Source of the DNA: Candidatus Lambdaproteobacteria bacterium
GTDB taxonomy: Bacteria > SAR324 > JACQKK01
DNA length: 64,000 nt
NCBI GenBank assembly: GCA_016204605.1
Contig: JACQKK010000010.1
Coordinates: forward strand, 7,636-71,635
Reading direction: 5' to 3'
Position numbers and translations under genes: made by a program. The notes below the pieces were generated by a model. It was not told the origin of the DNA, searched no databases, and was given only the letters and a program-made list of their open reading frames with translations. Within the stretch, counting starts at the first letter, position 1. Every line of letters begins with the position of its first letter. Of the stretch, positions 16,667 to 26,254 are shown piece after piece.

Positions 16667-18958
16667 CTACGGTGCGGTGAACCAGCTCGGGAGGTCGGGC
16701 TTGAGCTCTTTCCACCGGATCACCGGGAGCAGGGTGCTGAAGTCGTCGGTCCAGGTCAGCACCGAAGAGTTCGAGGTGTCTATACCCGCAGGCGGCTCTT
16801 CAATGACCTTGGCGGAGGCAATGCCTGCGCGCCGCATCAGCACCCAGTCGGTGGGGTAATGCCCCCTGTCGGGGTCGTCCTCGGTCCTGAAGGCTTCCAG
16901 CTCCAGGCCGAAGTGGGCGCCGGTGCCCCGCAGCACCGGCATCAGGTCGAGGTAGCGGTTGGTGATGTGCACGGCGATCACGCCATCGGGTGCGATGTGG
17001 CGCAGGTAGATGGCGAAGGCCTCCAGCGTCAGGAGATGCATCGGGATGGCATCGCCGGTAAACGCATCCACCGCCAGCACATCCAGCTTGTCTCCTGGGG
17101 CTTCCTGGAGGGCGAGACGCCCGTCCCGCACGACCACTTCCACGCGACCCCGGCAGTCGGCAAGGTAGGTGAAGCGCTCGAGCGCCACGGTGTGAACCAG
17201 CGGGTTGATCTCGTAATACTTGTAGAAATCCCCGGGTCGGCAATACGCGGCCGTGGTGCCGGCGCCGAGCCCGATGGTGCCGATCCGCCTGGGTCCGCTG
17301 CGGTGGCCGTCCAGAATTGCCGCGCCGATGCCCGTCTCCGAGTGGTAGTACGACGACGGCTCGCGTCGGCGCTTGGCGTCGAGGTACTGGACGCCATGAA
17401 TCACTTTGCCGTTGTAGAGGAAACGCTGCGCGTCCGCCCCGGTGCCGGAATCCCGGACTTGCAGGATGCCATAGAAGTTCCGGGCCGCCACACGGGTCGA
17501 GGCGCCTTCCGTGCGCACCTTGTAGATCGTCGTAGAGAGCAGCGCGGCGGCCAGCACGATCGCGCCCATGCCTGTGGCGACCGGCACCCAGCGGCGTCCC
17601 GCCGCGGCCCACCCCGGGCGGGCGGCAGCCGAGAGCCAGCGCCGGCCGGCGGCGCGCAACCGCGTGCCGGTCGCCGCGGGTCGCCAGTGGCGGAGCGCGG
17701 CCATGAGCCGACCGCCGCCCGCGGCGGAATACCGGCCCCGTCCGGCGAGAGGCCTCCACTGACCGGCTGCAACGGGCGTCCATGCCCGGGTCTGCGCCCA
17801 AGGTTTGAGCGCCAGGGCGACCGCCAGGAGGACGCCCACCATCCCGGCCTCCAGCTCGAAATAGTCTGTGAAGATCAGTGGCGCTACGACGGCGGTGAAT
17901 GTCCCCCCCAGCGCGCCTCCGATGGCGATGGCCAGAAAGTATCCCGTCAGCCGGCTCGGCTCCGGCTGAAGCCGCGCCAACTCGCCGTGGCATACCATCC
18001 CCGCCGCGAACAGCACCCCCATGCTGAGGGCGAGCGCCGTGCCGATATGGTCCAGTTCCAGCTCGTGGTAACGCACCGCAGCGAGTCCAGCCAGACCGGC
18101 GAAGAGCAGGGGAATGAACAGCCAGCGCCTGTACCAGCTGCGACGACTGAAGGTGAAGAAGAACGTGAGCAGATACAGCGACAACGGAATCACCCACAAC
18201 AGCGGAATCGGCGCGATGTTGTGGGTGACGTACGAAGAAATGGCGCTCAGCAGGATCGAAGGGGGCACCGCGAGAAACACCCACATCCCCGCCTGGCCCC
18301 AGCCGCGGCCCCCGGCACCCCCGAGCGACCGGGCAGGAGCGCGCGGGACGCGAAGCCCCAGGGCGCGCATGCAGACCGCCGCCATCACGAGCGCATACGC
18401 CGCAAAGCCGATCCTCCACGTGAGCCACTGCCGCTCCACCACGAGCAGCGGTTCGATGAGCGCCGGGTAGGCCAGCAGCCCCCCCAGCGAGGCCAGGTTC
18501 GAGAGGGCGAAGAGGTGGTAGGGCACCCTCCCCGATCCCTCCCGCGCATAGAACAGCTGGATCAAGGGCGAGGTGGTGGTCAGCACGAAATACGGCACGA
18601 GAACGTTCGCCGTGAAGACCGCGACCAGCCCCACCGGCGGTGCGACCGCAGCGGGGGGTGCGAACGTCGTCATGTGCGGCGCGATCAGCAACCAGACCAC
18701 CCCGAGGGCCAGCAGGGCCAGATGCACCTTGATGGCGCCCCGCTTCGAGCCGGGCTTGAGCAGATAGTGCACGTACAGATACCCGAGCAGCAGAATCGTC
18801 TGATACAGCATCAGCGCCATGGTCCACACTGACGACGCCCCGCCGAACTGGGGGAGGATCGTCTTGGCGAACAACGGCTGAACCTGGAACAGCAGAACCG
18901 CAGACAGGACTGTGCCAAAGACGTAAACGCCGTCGGCCAGGCGCTGGGAAACGATCAT
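16667..18958 (-). CDS. fused polytopic membrane domain / spermidine synthase-like (SpeE-fold) protein
   Basis: It is a 763-aa protein with an N-terminal multi-TM region (MIVSQRLADGVYVFGTVLSAVLLFQVQPLFAKTILPQFGG...). The C-terminus has a class I methyltransferase/aminopropyltransferase-like domain (GLGAGTTAAYCRPGDFYKYYEINPLV...DVLAVDAFTGDAIPMHLLT). Confidence 0.7.
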   Translation of the reverse strand: MIVSQRLADGVYVFGTVLSAVLLFQVQPLFAKTILPQFGGASSVWTMALMLYQTILLLGYLYVHYLLKPGSKRGAIKVHLALLALGVVWLLIAPHMTTFAPPAAVAPPVGLVAVFTANVLVPYFVLTTTSPLIQLFYAREGSGRVPYHLFALSNLASLGGLLAYPALIEPLLVVERQWLTWRIGFAAYALVMAAVCMRALGLRVPRAPARSLGGAGGRGWGQAGMWVFLAVPPSILLSAISSYVTHNIAPIPLLWVIPLSLYLLTFFFTFSRRSWYRRWLFIPLLFAGLAGLAAVRYHELELDHIGTALALSMGVLFAAGMVCHGELARLQPEPSRLTGYFLAIAIGGALGGTFTAVVAPLIFTDYFELEAGMVGVLLAVALALKPWAQTRAWTPVAAGQWRPLAGRGRYSAAGGGRLMAALRHWRPAATGTRLRAAGRRWLSAAARPGWAAAGRRWVPVATGMGAIVLAAALLSTTIYKVRTEGASTRVAARNFYGILQVRDSGTGADAQRFLYNGKVIHGVQYLDAKRRREPSSYYHSETGIGAAILDGHRSGPRRIGTIGLGAGTTAAYCRPGDFYKYYEINPLVHTVALERFTYLADCRGRVEVVVRDGRLALQEAPGDKLDVLAVDAFTGDAIPMHLLTLEAFAIYLRHIAPDGVIAVHITNRYLDLMPVLRGTGAHFGLELEAFRTEDDPDRGHYPTDWVLMRRAGIASAKVIEEPPAGIDTSNSSVLTWTDDFSTLLPVIRWKELKPDLPSWFTAP

Positions 18959-19163
18959 GGTCCTCAGGTGCGGAGCGCGGAAAGGGGTCGGGATACCTGC
19001 GTGTGCCCGGGTACCGTCTGTTTAGCAGATGTCCGGCCGGAAGACGAAAGCGGGCCGAAGACAGCGAAGCCGGCCGGGAGCAGGGATGGGGCCGCGGGGG
19101 TTCGGCCATCGGTCAACCCCGCGCGGAATGCGCGGAATCGGGCGGGTGGAATTCCCTCCGCGT

Positions 19164-20282
19164 CTATGGCGCGTTCACGACCACCTCGTCCCCTTCCACC
19201 GTGAAGCGGTGGGGGAAGTCTTCCGAGGCCCATTCCATGTAGGCGAGGGCCTCCGCGAACCGCGGATCGCGCCCGGCCAGCACCTCCGGGCGCAGGTGCC
19301 GATCGATCAGCACGGGCAGGAACGAGACGCGCCGCGCCCCCGCGCGGGTCAGCACTGCCCTGGCGATCAGGCTGCGCTTGGCATCGGTGCCGTAGGGCAG
19401 GTGCGGGTAGTCCGGGTCGAGCCGCGCGCCGTAGCGCTCAAGGAAAACTTGCGCCCGCTGGGCCGAAGGGGCAGGCGAAGTCATGATGAAGTTGCTCAGG
19501 CTGTACAGGCAGACCTTGCCGCCGTATACGGCCACGGCCTTGGGCACGTGGGCGTGGCCGCCGAGGATCAGATCGGCCCCCGCCGCGAACGCCGCCCTGG
19601 CGACGACCGGCTGGTAGTCGGCGATGGCCCGGGGGATGAAGTGCAGCCCCCAGTGCAGCGACACCACCACCACCTGCGCGCGCCTCTTCGCGTCGGCGAT
19701 ATCCGCCGCGAGCGCCGCCAGGTCCGCCTCGTGGGGCACGGTGACCACGCGGGGCGGAATCCCCGCCTGGTACTCGAGCGCCTCGTAGTAGGTGTGGGCG
19801 CGCATGGGTGCCACCCCCGCCTGGGCGGGTCCCGCCGCGTATCCCTCGTTCACGATGGAGCAGTAGGCGAGGATGGCGACCTGCACCCCCTTGCGTTCGA
19901 TGAGCGCGGGGCGCCGGGCCTCCTCGATGTTCCGGCCGGCGCCCACCGTCTGGATGCCCCGTGCCCGGAGCACGTCGAGGGTATCGAGCAGCGCCTCCTC
20001 GCCCCAGTCCATGGCGTGGTTGCTGGCCACCGACACCACGTCGAAGCCGCAATCGCTGAACACCGAGGCCAGGTGGGGCTTGAGGCGGCTGTGGCGGCCG
20101 CCGGAGTGCACCTGCAGGCTGCCGCGCTCGGAGTAGACCCGCTCGCACTGGCCGAAGCGGATATCGGCCGCCGCCAGGGTCGGCTTGACGAGCGCGCTGT
20201 AAGGCAGCATCGGCTCGTGGATGGGCCCCACGTCGCCGCACCCCATCAGGATCACGCCCTGGTCTGCATCATGCTCCGCCAT
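19164..20282 (-). CDS. CapA family (poly-gamma-glutamate synthesis, metallophosphatase-fold) protein
   Basis: The product has ...ILMGCGDVGP...DVVSVASNHAMDWGEEAL...LILGGHAHVPK... The start is at MAEHDADQ; an alternative ATG at 20366 would add 28 aa. Confidence 0.75.
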   Translation of the reverse strand: MAEHDADQGVILMGCGDVGPIHEPMLPYSALVKPTLAAADIRFGQCERVYSERGSLQVHSGGRHSRLKPHLASVFSDCGFDVVSVASNHAMDWGEEALLDTLDVLRARGIQTVGAGRNIEEARRPALIERKGVQVAILAYCSIVNEGYAAGPAQAGVAPMRAHTYYEALEYQAGIPPRVVTVPHEADLAALAADIADAKRRAQVVVVSLHWGLHFIPRAIADYQPVVARAAFAAGADLILGGHAHVPKAVAVYGGKVCLYSLSNFIMTSPAPSAQRAQVFLERYGARLDPDYPHLPYGTDAKRSLIARAVLTRAGARRVSFLPVLIDRHLRPEVLAGRDPRFAEALAYMEWASEDFPHRFTVEGDEVVVNAP

Positions 20283-20714
20283 ATCGGCCCCCCGGTTGTC
20301 GGTGTGCCCTGCGCGCTCGTGCTGCTCCGTCTGATGCCACGTTCTTGTGCCATTGCTTTGTGTCATGGCCAAGGCGCCCAGGACAAGCCTCGCGTGGCAC
20401 TTCGGCGCCAGACCGCCCGGCAGGGGAACGGCCGGGCTCCCCGCCTCCCCCGGCGACGGCGTCGCTGGCGACACGTAGGTCACCGATCGGCCGGAGCGCC
20501 CGCCCCGCAACGCCGCCCACAGGGGGAAGATCGGCCACGGATGAGCCGGAGGAAACTCTTGGCAGGCGGCGGGGAGTGTGCAATAAGCTGGAAGCCTGGG
20601 GGAAGGGAAATCGAGCGGTACATGCGCGGCGACACCACACCGCCGGCGACGCCCACGGCGTGGGCGCGCGCGCTCCGGCGATTCCGGCGACCTCCCGCGA
20701 AAGGAGAACACGGC

Positions 20715-21185
20715 ATGGCCAAGGCACTACACATCTCGGTGGAGAAGTGCACGGGCTGCCTCCAGTGCGAGCTGGCGTGCTCGTATGTCAAGGAGGGGGT
20801 GTTCAATCCCGCGCACTCGATGATCAAGGTGTTCCACTTCCACGACGAGGCACGCTACGTGCCCTACACCTGCACCCAGTGCGCGGAGGCGTGGTGCCTG
20901 CACGCCTGCCCGGTGGACGCGATCAAGCTGGACCCGGTGCTGGACCGCAAGGTGGTGATCGAGGCCACCTGCGTGGGCTGCAAGGTGTGCACGATCGCCT
21001 GCCCCTTCGGCACGATCAACTTCCAGACCCGCACGGGCAAGGTCGCCAAGTGCGACCTGTGCGCCGGCTCGCCTGCCTGCGTAGAGGCGTGCCCCACCTC
21101 CGCGATCACGTACATCGACGTGGAAGCCACCGGCACCGACAAGATGCGGCGCTGGGCCGCCAGGACCATGCCGCAAGTGGCCTGA
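20715..21185 (+). CDS. 4Fe-4S dicluster ferredoxin-like electron-transfer subunit (AorA-like)
   Basis: There are four CxxCxxCxxxCP-type cysteine clusters (CTGCLQCELAC..., CTQCAEAWCLHACP, CVGCKVCTIACP, CDLCAGSPACVEACP). An AAGGAGAA Shine-Dalgarno sequence is 7 nt upstream. The gene is directly followed by the AOR gene. Confidence 0.8.
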   Translation: MAKALHISVEKCTGCLQCELACSYVKEGVFNPAHSMIKVFHFHDEARYVPYTCTQCAEAWCLHACPVDAIKLDPVLDRKVVIEATCVGCKVCTIACPFGTINFQTRTGKVAKCDLCAGSPACVEACPTSAITYIDVEATGTDKMRRWAARTMPQVA

Positions 21186-21210
21186 TCACCTTGAACGAGG
21201 GAGAAACGCC

Positions 21211-23055
21211 ATGTCGTGGGCCAAGAAGATCCTGCGGGTCAACCTCAGCGAAGGCAAGGTGGCCAGCGAGCCCCTCAAGATGGAGTGGGCCAAGAAGTTC
21301 CTCGGCCAGCGCGGGCTGGCGACCAAGTACTTCGTCGAGGAGGTCGATGCCAAGGTGGATCCGCTCTCTCCGGCCAACAAGCTCATCTTCGCCACGGGGC
21401 CGCTGACGGGGACGGCCGCCTCGACCGGCGGGCGCTACTCGGTCATCACCAAGGGGCCGCTAACCGGCGCGATCGCCTGCTCCAACTCCGGCGGCTACTT
21501 CGGCGCGGAGCTGAAGATGGCCGGCTGGGACATGATCATCCTCGAAGGCAAGTCGCCCCAGCCCGTGGTGCTGATCATCGAGAACGAGCAGGCGCGGCTG
21601 GCGCCGGCGGGCGACCTCTGGGGCAAGACGGTCTGGGAGGTGGATGGGCTGCTCAAGCAGCGCTGCCAGAGCCCGGACATGAAGGTCTCGTGCATCGGCA
21701 AGGCCGGCGAGAGCCAGGTGCTCTATGCCGCCGTGGTGAACGACCTGCACCGCGCCGCCGGCCGCTCCGGCGTGGGCGCCGTGATGGGCTCGAAGAACCT
21801 CAAGGCCATCGGCGTGCGCGGCACGCTCGGCGTGGGCAACGTCCACGATTTCGGCAAGTTCATGCAGGCCGTCAACGCGGGCAAGAAGGTGCTGCGGGAG
21901 AACGCGATCACCGGCCAGGGGCTGCCCACCTACGGCACCAACGTGCTGATGAACGTGATCAACCAGTCGGGCGCCCTGCCCACCCGCAACTTCCGCGACG
22001 TGCAGTTCGAGGGCGCCGGCAAGATCTCGGGCGAGGCCATGCGTGCCAAGCGCCCCGACGGCAAGAGCAACCTCGTCGCCAACCAGGCCTGCTTCGGCTG
22101 CACCATCGCCTGCGGCCGCGTCTCGAAGATCGACGAGAACCACTTCACGGTGAAGAACCGGCCCGAGTACTGGAAGGCCTCGGGCGGACTCGAGTACGAG
22201 AACGCCTGGAGCCTGGGCGCGGATACGGGGGTGGACGACCTGGATACGCTCACGTTCACCAACTTCCTGTGCAACGAGCACGGCATGGACCCCATCTCCT
22301 TCGGCGCCACGGTGGCCGCCGCCATGGAGCTGTATGCGATGGGCGTCATCGGCGAGAAGGACGTGGGCTTCCCGCTCGCCTTCGGCTCGGCCGAGGCGCT
22401 GGTCAAGGCCGCCGAGATCACCGGCAAGGGCGAGGGCTTCGGCAAGGTGCTGGGGCTGGGCTCCAAGCGCATGTGCGACAAGTACAAGCACCCCGAGCTC
22501 TCCATGACGGTCAAGGGCCAGGAGTTTCCGGCCTATGACCCGCGCGGCATCCAGGGAATGGGGCTGGCCTACGCCACCTCCAACCGGGGCGCCTGCCACC
22601 TGCGCGGCTACACCGTGGCCTCGGAGATCTTCGGGATTCCGGTCAAGTCCGATCCCTTGCAGACCGACGGCAAGCCGGAGCTGGTCAAGGCCTTCCAGGA
22701 TGCGACCGCCGTCGTCGATTCCAGCGGGCTGTGCCTGTTCACCACCTTCGCCTGGACCCTCAACGAGATCCAGCCGCAGATCGAGGGCGCCTGCGGCCCC
22801 GGCTTCAGCCAGGAGGAGCTGCTGGCGCTGGGCGAGCGGGTGTGGAACCTGGAACGCCTGTTCAACGCCAAGGCGGGGCTCACCGCCAAGGACGACACGC
22901 TGCCCAAGCGCCTGCTCGACGAGGCCGCCAAGACGGGGCCGGCCACCGGCAAGACCAATGGTCTCGCCAAGATGATGCCCATGTACTACGAGATCCGCGG
23001 CTGGAACGCCGAGGGCGTGCCCCGCGCCGAGACCTTGAAGCGCCTCGGCCTGTAG
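21211..23055 (+). CDS. tungsten-dependent aldehyde:ferredoxin oxidoreductase family protein (AorB-like)
   Basis: The 614-aa product shows the AOR N-domain (KILRVNLSEGKV...GGRGL...FATGPLTG) and the AOR C-terminal Fe-S/tungstopterin domain signatures. Confidence 0.9.
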   Translation: MSWAKKILRVNLSEGKVASEPLKMEWAKKFLGQRGLATKYFVEEVDAKVDPLSPANKLIFATGPLTGTAASTGGRYSVITKGPLTGAIACSNSGGYFGAELKMAGWDMIILEGKSPQPVVLIIENEQARLAPAGDLWGKTVWEVDGLLKQRCQSPDMKVSCIGKAGESQVLYAAVVNDLHRAAGRSGVGAVMGSKNLKAIGVRGTLGVGNVHDFGKFMQAVNAGKKVLRENAITGQGLPTYGTNVLMNVINQSGALPTRNFRDVQFEGAGKISGEAMRAKRPDGKSNLVANQACFGCTIACGRVSKIDENHFTVKNRPEYWKASGGLEYENAWSLGADTGVDDLDTLTFTNFLCNEHGMDPISFGATVAAAMELYAMGVIGEKDVGFPLAFGSAEALVKAAEITGKGEGFGKVLGLGSKRMCDKYKHPELSMTVKGQEFPAYDPRGIQGMGLAYATSNRGACHLRGYTVASEIFGIPVKSDPLQTDGKPELVKAFQDATAVVDSSGLCLFTTFAWTLNEIQPQIEGACGPGFSQEELLALGERVWNLERLFNAKAGLTAKDDTLPKRLLDEAAKTGPATGKTNGLAKMMPMYYEIRGWNAEGVPRAETLKRLGL

Positions 23056-23158
23056 GGCCGGCCAGCCAGCCGCCGATGCGGCGCGGGGCACCCCCTCGCG
23101 CCGCGTTCCCGTTGTTCGCCTCTCAGGCGGGGTCGCGGAACCCGCAGGGGGTAGCCCG

Positions 23159-24436
23159 ATGCGTCATGTGATCGTGGGTGCAGGGCCGGCCGGTGTGATC
23201 GCGGCGGAGACGCTCCGCGCCGCGGATGCGCAGGCGGAGATCACGCTGCTGGGCGACGAGTCCCCGGCGCCCTACTCGCGCATGGCCATCCCGTACTATC
23301 TCGCGGATCGGATCGCCGAGGAGGGCATGCTGCTGCGCAAGGAGCCCGGCCACTTCGAGCGGCTGCGCATCGCCTGTCTCCAGCAGACGGTGACGGCGGT
23401 GGACGCCAAGGCCAAGAGCGTGCGGCTGGGCGATGGCCGCCGCCTGCCCTACGACCGGCTGCTGATCGCCACGGGCTCGCGGCCGGTGGCACCGCCCATC
23501 CCGGGGCTGGCCGGGGCGGGCGTCCACCCCTGCTGGAGCCTAGCGGACGCCCGCGCCATCCACCGGCTCGCCGCCAAGGGCGCGCGCGTGGCGCTGATCG
23601 GGGGCGGCTTCATCGGCAGCATCGTCATGAACGCGCTCCACGCCCGCGGCGTCCGGCTGACCGTGGTCGAGATGGAGCACCGGCTCGTGCCGAAGATGAT
23701 GAACCAACCCGCCGGCCTCATGCTCCAGCGCTGGTGCGAGCGCCAGGGGGTGACGGTGCTGACTGCCACCCGCATCGCCCGCGCCAAGCGCAACAAAACG
23801 GGCGTACTGGCGCTCGAGCTGAGCGGTGGCAAGGGCAAGCCCATCGAGGCGGAGCTGGTGATCGTGGCGACCGGCGTGCAGCCGCGCATCGATTTCCTCG
23901 CCGGCAGCGGCGTCAAGACCGGGCAGGGGGTGCTGGTGGACGACCACCTGCAGACGAACGTCCCCGAGATCTACGCCGCGGGCGACGTGGCCGAAGGCCC
24001 CGACGTCTCGGGTGGCACGGGCGTGCACCCGATCCAGCCCACCGCCGCCGAGCACGGGCGCGTGGCGGCCTTGAACATGGCCGGCCGAAACAGCGCCTAC
24101 CGCGGCAGCCTGATCATGAACGTGCTCGATACCGTGGGACTGGTCTCCCACTCCTTCGGGCAGTGGGCGGGCGTGGCCGGCGGCAGCCACGCCGAGCTGC
24201 AGGACGACGAGCGCTTCCGCTACACCCGCCTCGAACTGGTGGACGACCGCATCGTGGGCGCCATCGTGGTGGGGCGCACCGAAGGCGTGGGCATCCTGCG
24301 CGGGCTGATCCAGACCCGCGCCCGCCTCGGCCCCTGGAAGGAGCGCCTGCTCAAGGACCCGGGCCTGGCGGCTGCCGCCTTTCAGCACGCCACCCAGTCG
24401 GCGGGCCACGCCCCGCTGGCGCGCCGCTCCGCCTGA
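23159..24436 (+). CDS. FAD-dependent pyridine nucleotide-disulfide oxidoreductase (AorC-like)
   Basis: It carries a GxGxxG FAD site (VIVGAGPAGVIAAE) and a second NAD(P) site (VALIGGGFIGS). Confidence 0.8.
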   Translation: MRHVIVGAGPAGVIAAETLRAADAQAEITLLGDESPAPYSRMAIPYYLADRIAEEGMLLRKEPGHFERLRIACLQQTVTAVDAKAKSVRLGDGRRLPYDRLLIATGSRPVAPPIPGLAGAGVHPCWSLADARAIHRLAAKGARVALIGGGFIGSIVMNALHARGVRLTVVEMEHRLVPKMMNQPAGLMLQRWCERQGVTVLTATRIARAKRNKTGVLALELSGGKGKPIEAELVIVATGVQPRIDFLAGSGVKTGQGVLVDDHLQTNVPEIYAAGDVAEGPDVSGGTGVHPIQPTAAEHGRVAALNMAGRNSAYRGSLIMNVLDTVGLVSHSFGQWAGVAGGSHAELQDDERFRYTRLELVDDRIVGAIVVGRTEGVGILRGLIQTRARLGPWKERLLKDPGLAAAAFQHATQSAGHAPLARRSA

Positions 24437-24578
24437 GCGGCCGCCGGCGCGGGGAGCCGCGGCGCGAGCCCACGGGCCGTGGCGGGAGCCCGACGACTCG
24501 GCACCGTCGGGGGATGCCCGGCGCGCCGGCCCCCGCGCGGTCATCCGCGGTACCCACCGACCAGCCGTCCGTCGCGCC

Positions 24579-24830
24579 ATGCGCATCAAGCTCAAGCTGT
24601 TCGCCACCCTAACAGCCCTGCTCCCGCCGGGCGCGCAGGATCACACCATCGAGCTGGAGCTGGCCGAGGGCACCCGCGTACGCGCCGCGATCGAGCAGCT
24701 GCGCATCCCCCCCGAGCTGGCCCGGCTGGTGATGGTGGACGGGTTCCACCTCACCCCCGGCGAGGTCGAAGGGCGCATCCTGCGCGAGGGGGAAACCCTC
24801 GCCATCTTCCCCCCCATCGCCGGAGGATGA
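24579..24830 (+). CDS. MoaD/ThiS family sulfur-carrier-like protein (AorD-like)
   Basis: The 83-aa product has a beta-grasp profile and a C-terminal Gly-Gly (…IFPPIAGG). Confidence 0.75.
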   Translation: MRIKLKLFATLTALLPPGAQDHTIELELAEGTRVRAAIEQLRIPPELARLVMVDGFHLTPGEVEGRILREGETLAIFPPIAGG

Positions 24831-24837
24831 GCCATGG

Positions 24838-25155
24838 TTATGCGGCCGCGGTCTGCACGCGCACGCTGGTGCTGCGGATGGTCTCGCGGAAGGACGGAGA
24901 GAGCGTGGCCCAGTCCACCACATCCACCTTGAAGGGCAGCGCCGAATCCTCGAGCTCGGCCGCCAGGGCGGCCAGGGTGGCGAGCGGCAGGGGTCCGTCT
25001 CCAGCCATGACGAGGTCCAGGTCTGAGTAGGGCTTGGCCTGGTGCTTCGCCCGTGAGCCGAACACCCAAACGTCGCAGTGCGGGACGTGCCGCTCGAGGA
25101 GTGCGGCCACGACTTCCCAGTGGCGGGGGGCGATCTGGATATCGGGAACGGTCAT
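24838..25155 (-). CDS. nucleotidyltransferase (MNT) domain protein, HI0073-like antitoxin
   Basis: It has the GS...DLDLV motif (VWVFGSRAKHQAKPYSDLDLVMAGD). Its ATG overlaps the stop of the upstream HEPN gene as ATGA. Confidence 0.8.
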   Translation of the reverse strand: MTVPDIQIAPRHWEVVAALLERHVPHCDVWVFGSRAKHQAKPYSDLDLVMAGDGPLPLATLAALAAELEDSALPFKVDVVDWATLSPSFRETIRSTSVRVQTAAA

Positions 25156-25568
25156 GGGCGCGCCGTTCTTTCCCGCAGTTGCCGGCACAGGTGCCGGGCC
25201 TCCTCCAGGAACGCCGGGACGACCGCGGCCACCTGGCGGGCCAACTGCTCGTTGTAGGTGTGACTGGTGACCCCCCGGGCCTGCCGCCACTCCCGCCAGC
25301 GTTCCCAGTCCGATCGCAGCAGCGCCTGCTCGCTGCCCGTGCGGATCAGGTCCGCGAAGGACATCCGCCCGACGGCCTGGGGGTCGGGGGCGGTCCGTTC
25401 GAGATAGCGCCTCAGCATCTTGTGCGAGAGCTCGTACGTGAACACGAAACGCTGGATGACCGCGTCGCGGATCAACGCATTCTTCGGGTCCGCCTCCAGG
25501 GCGGCCAGGGCTTCGGCCAGGCGGCCGATCGCGTTCTCGATGGATTCCAGTTCCAGGCGCACAGTCAT
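25152..25568 (-). CDS. HEPN domain / nucleotidyltransferase substrate-binding protein (HI0074 family) toxin
   Basis: The protein contains ...IRDAVIQRFVFTYELSHKMLRRYLE...RSDWERWREWRQARGVTSHTYNE, matching the NTase_sub_bind/HEPN profile. Confidence 0.8.
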   Translation of the reverse strand: MTVRLELESIENAIGRLAEALAALEADPKNALIRDAVIQRFVFTYELSHKMLRRYLERTAPDPQAVGRMSFADLIRTGSEQALLRSDWERWREWRQARGVTSHTYNEQLARQVAAVVPAFLEEARHLCRQLRERTARP

Positions 25569-25787
25569 CGTGGGTCTCCCCATCACGAACCGCGAACCGC
25601 GAACCGATGCTGCCAATGCAACCGATGCAACCGATGGACCCCCACCCATCCTACCAACAATGCCGTCGGATGGGGCAGTCGCGATCCGCCCGGCTTCACC
25701 GCGATGAGCGCGGTCGTGGACGATGGCGCGGTAGAGCACCTGACGGCCCAATGCGGTTCATCGTTCGAAACGGAAAGGGATTGATCC

Positions 25788-26087
25788 ATGGCTGCCGACG
25801 AGCTGCGCGTCCGGCGCGAGATGGGGTTCTCCCTGGCGGAGTTCCTGCGCCTGCTGCCGCAGGTGATCGGCGCTCCCGTCCCGCCGCCCGCGGAGGGACG
25901 GATCGCCTGGACGGAGGGCGCCCGCCGCGTGGAGCTTCTCCTCTCCCCCGAGCGCGAGCGTGTGCTCAGCCCCCTGGTGCGGCTGCCGGTGCTGGACATC
26001 GAGCTGGTGCTGACCGGGTACGCGCCGTCCGAGGCCCAGGCGTTCCTCCGCCACTTCGACCGCCAGTTCTTCAAGGGCGGCGGCTGA
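25788..26087 (+). CDS. hypothetical protein
   Basis: It is a 99-aa ORF with genome-typical codon usage in a gap with no other coding. I recognise no family. Confidence 0.35.
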   Translation: MAADELRVRREMGFSLAEFLRLLPQVIGAPVPPPAEGRIAWTEGARRVELLLSPERERVLSPLVRLPVLDIELVLTGYAPSEAQAFLRHFDRQFFKGGG

Positions 26088-26254
26088 CCCCGGCTTTCGA
26101 CCGAGCGCCGGTCCGCGCTCGGTGCATCCTGGACCGGAGGGGCCCGCCGCCCCCGGCGCCAGGGTTTACAACGGGCCCAGGCGGGACTATTGGTGCGAGA
26201 CCGTCGCGGAGCGACCCGCGACCGCGAACCCGTCCACGTGCAGAGAGGTCTTCC

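Noticed and set aside
16655-18832. The 725-aa plus-strand ORF, and similar very long ORFs at 302..892(-), 2171..3406(-), 3727..5097(-), 5361..6818(+), 12983..14959(-), 15011..16537(-), 16800..19109(-), 21460..23091(-), 39041..41362(-), 45088..47244(+), 53540..54607(-), 54920..56521(-) and others
   Set aside because: All lie antisense to, or in an alternate frame of, strongly supported genes. Their translations are Arg/Gly/Pro/Ala-rich low-complexity strings, which is typical of stop-codon-poor frames in high-GC DNA. None shows a recognisable domain.
19029-21185. The 718-aa ORF spanning the capA antisense strand and the divergent leader
   Set aside because: Only the last 157 codons (from ATG 20715, with a Shine-Dalgarno sequence) form the ferredoxin-like gene. 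The upstream 560 codons are antisense to capA and run through the intergenic leader.
25569-25787. The short tandem repeats (3x gaaccgc at about 25587-25606; 2x caaccgatg at about 25619-25636) upstream of the HEPN gene, considered as a possible regulatory iteron array
   Set aside because: They have too few units and no partner palindrome. They are more likely slipped-strand microsatellites, so I note them only here.
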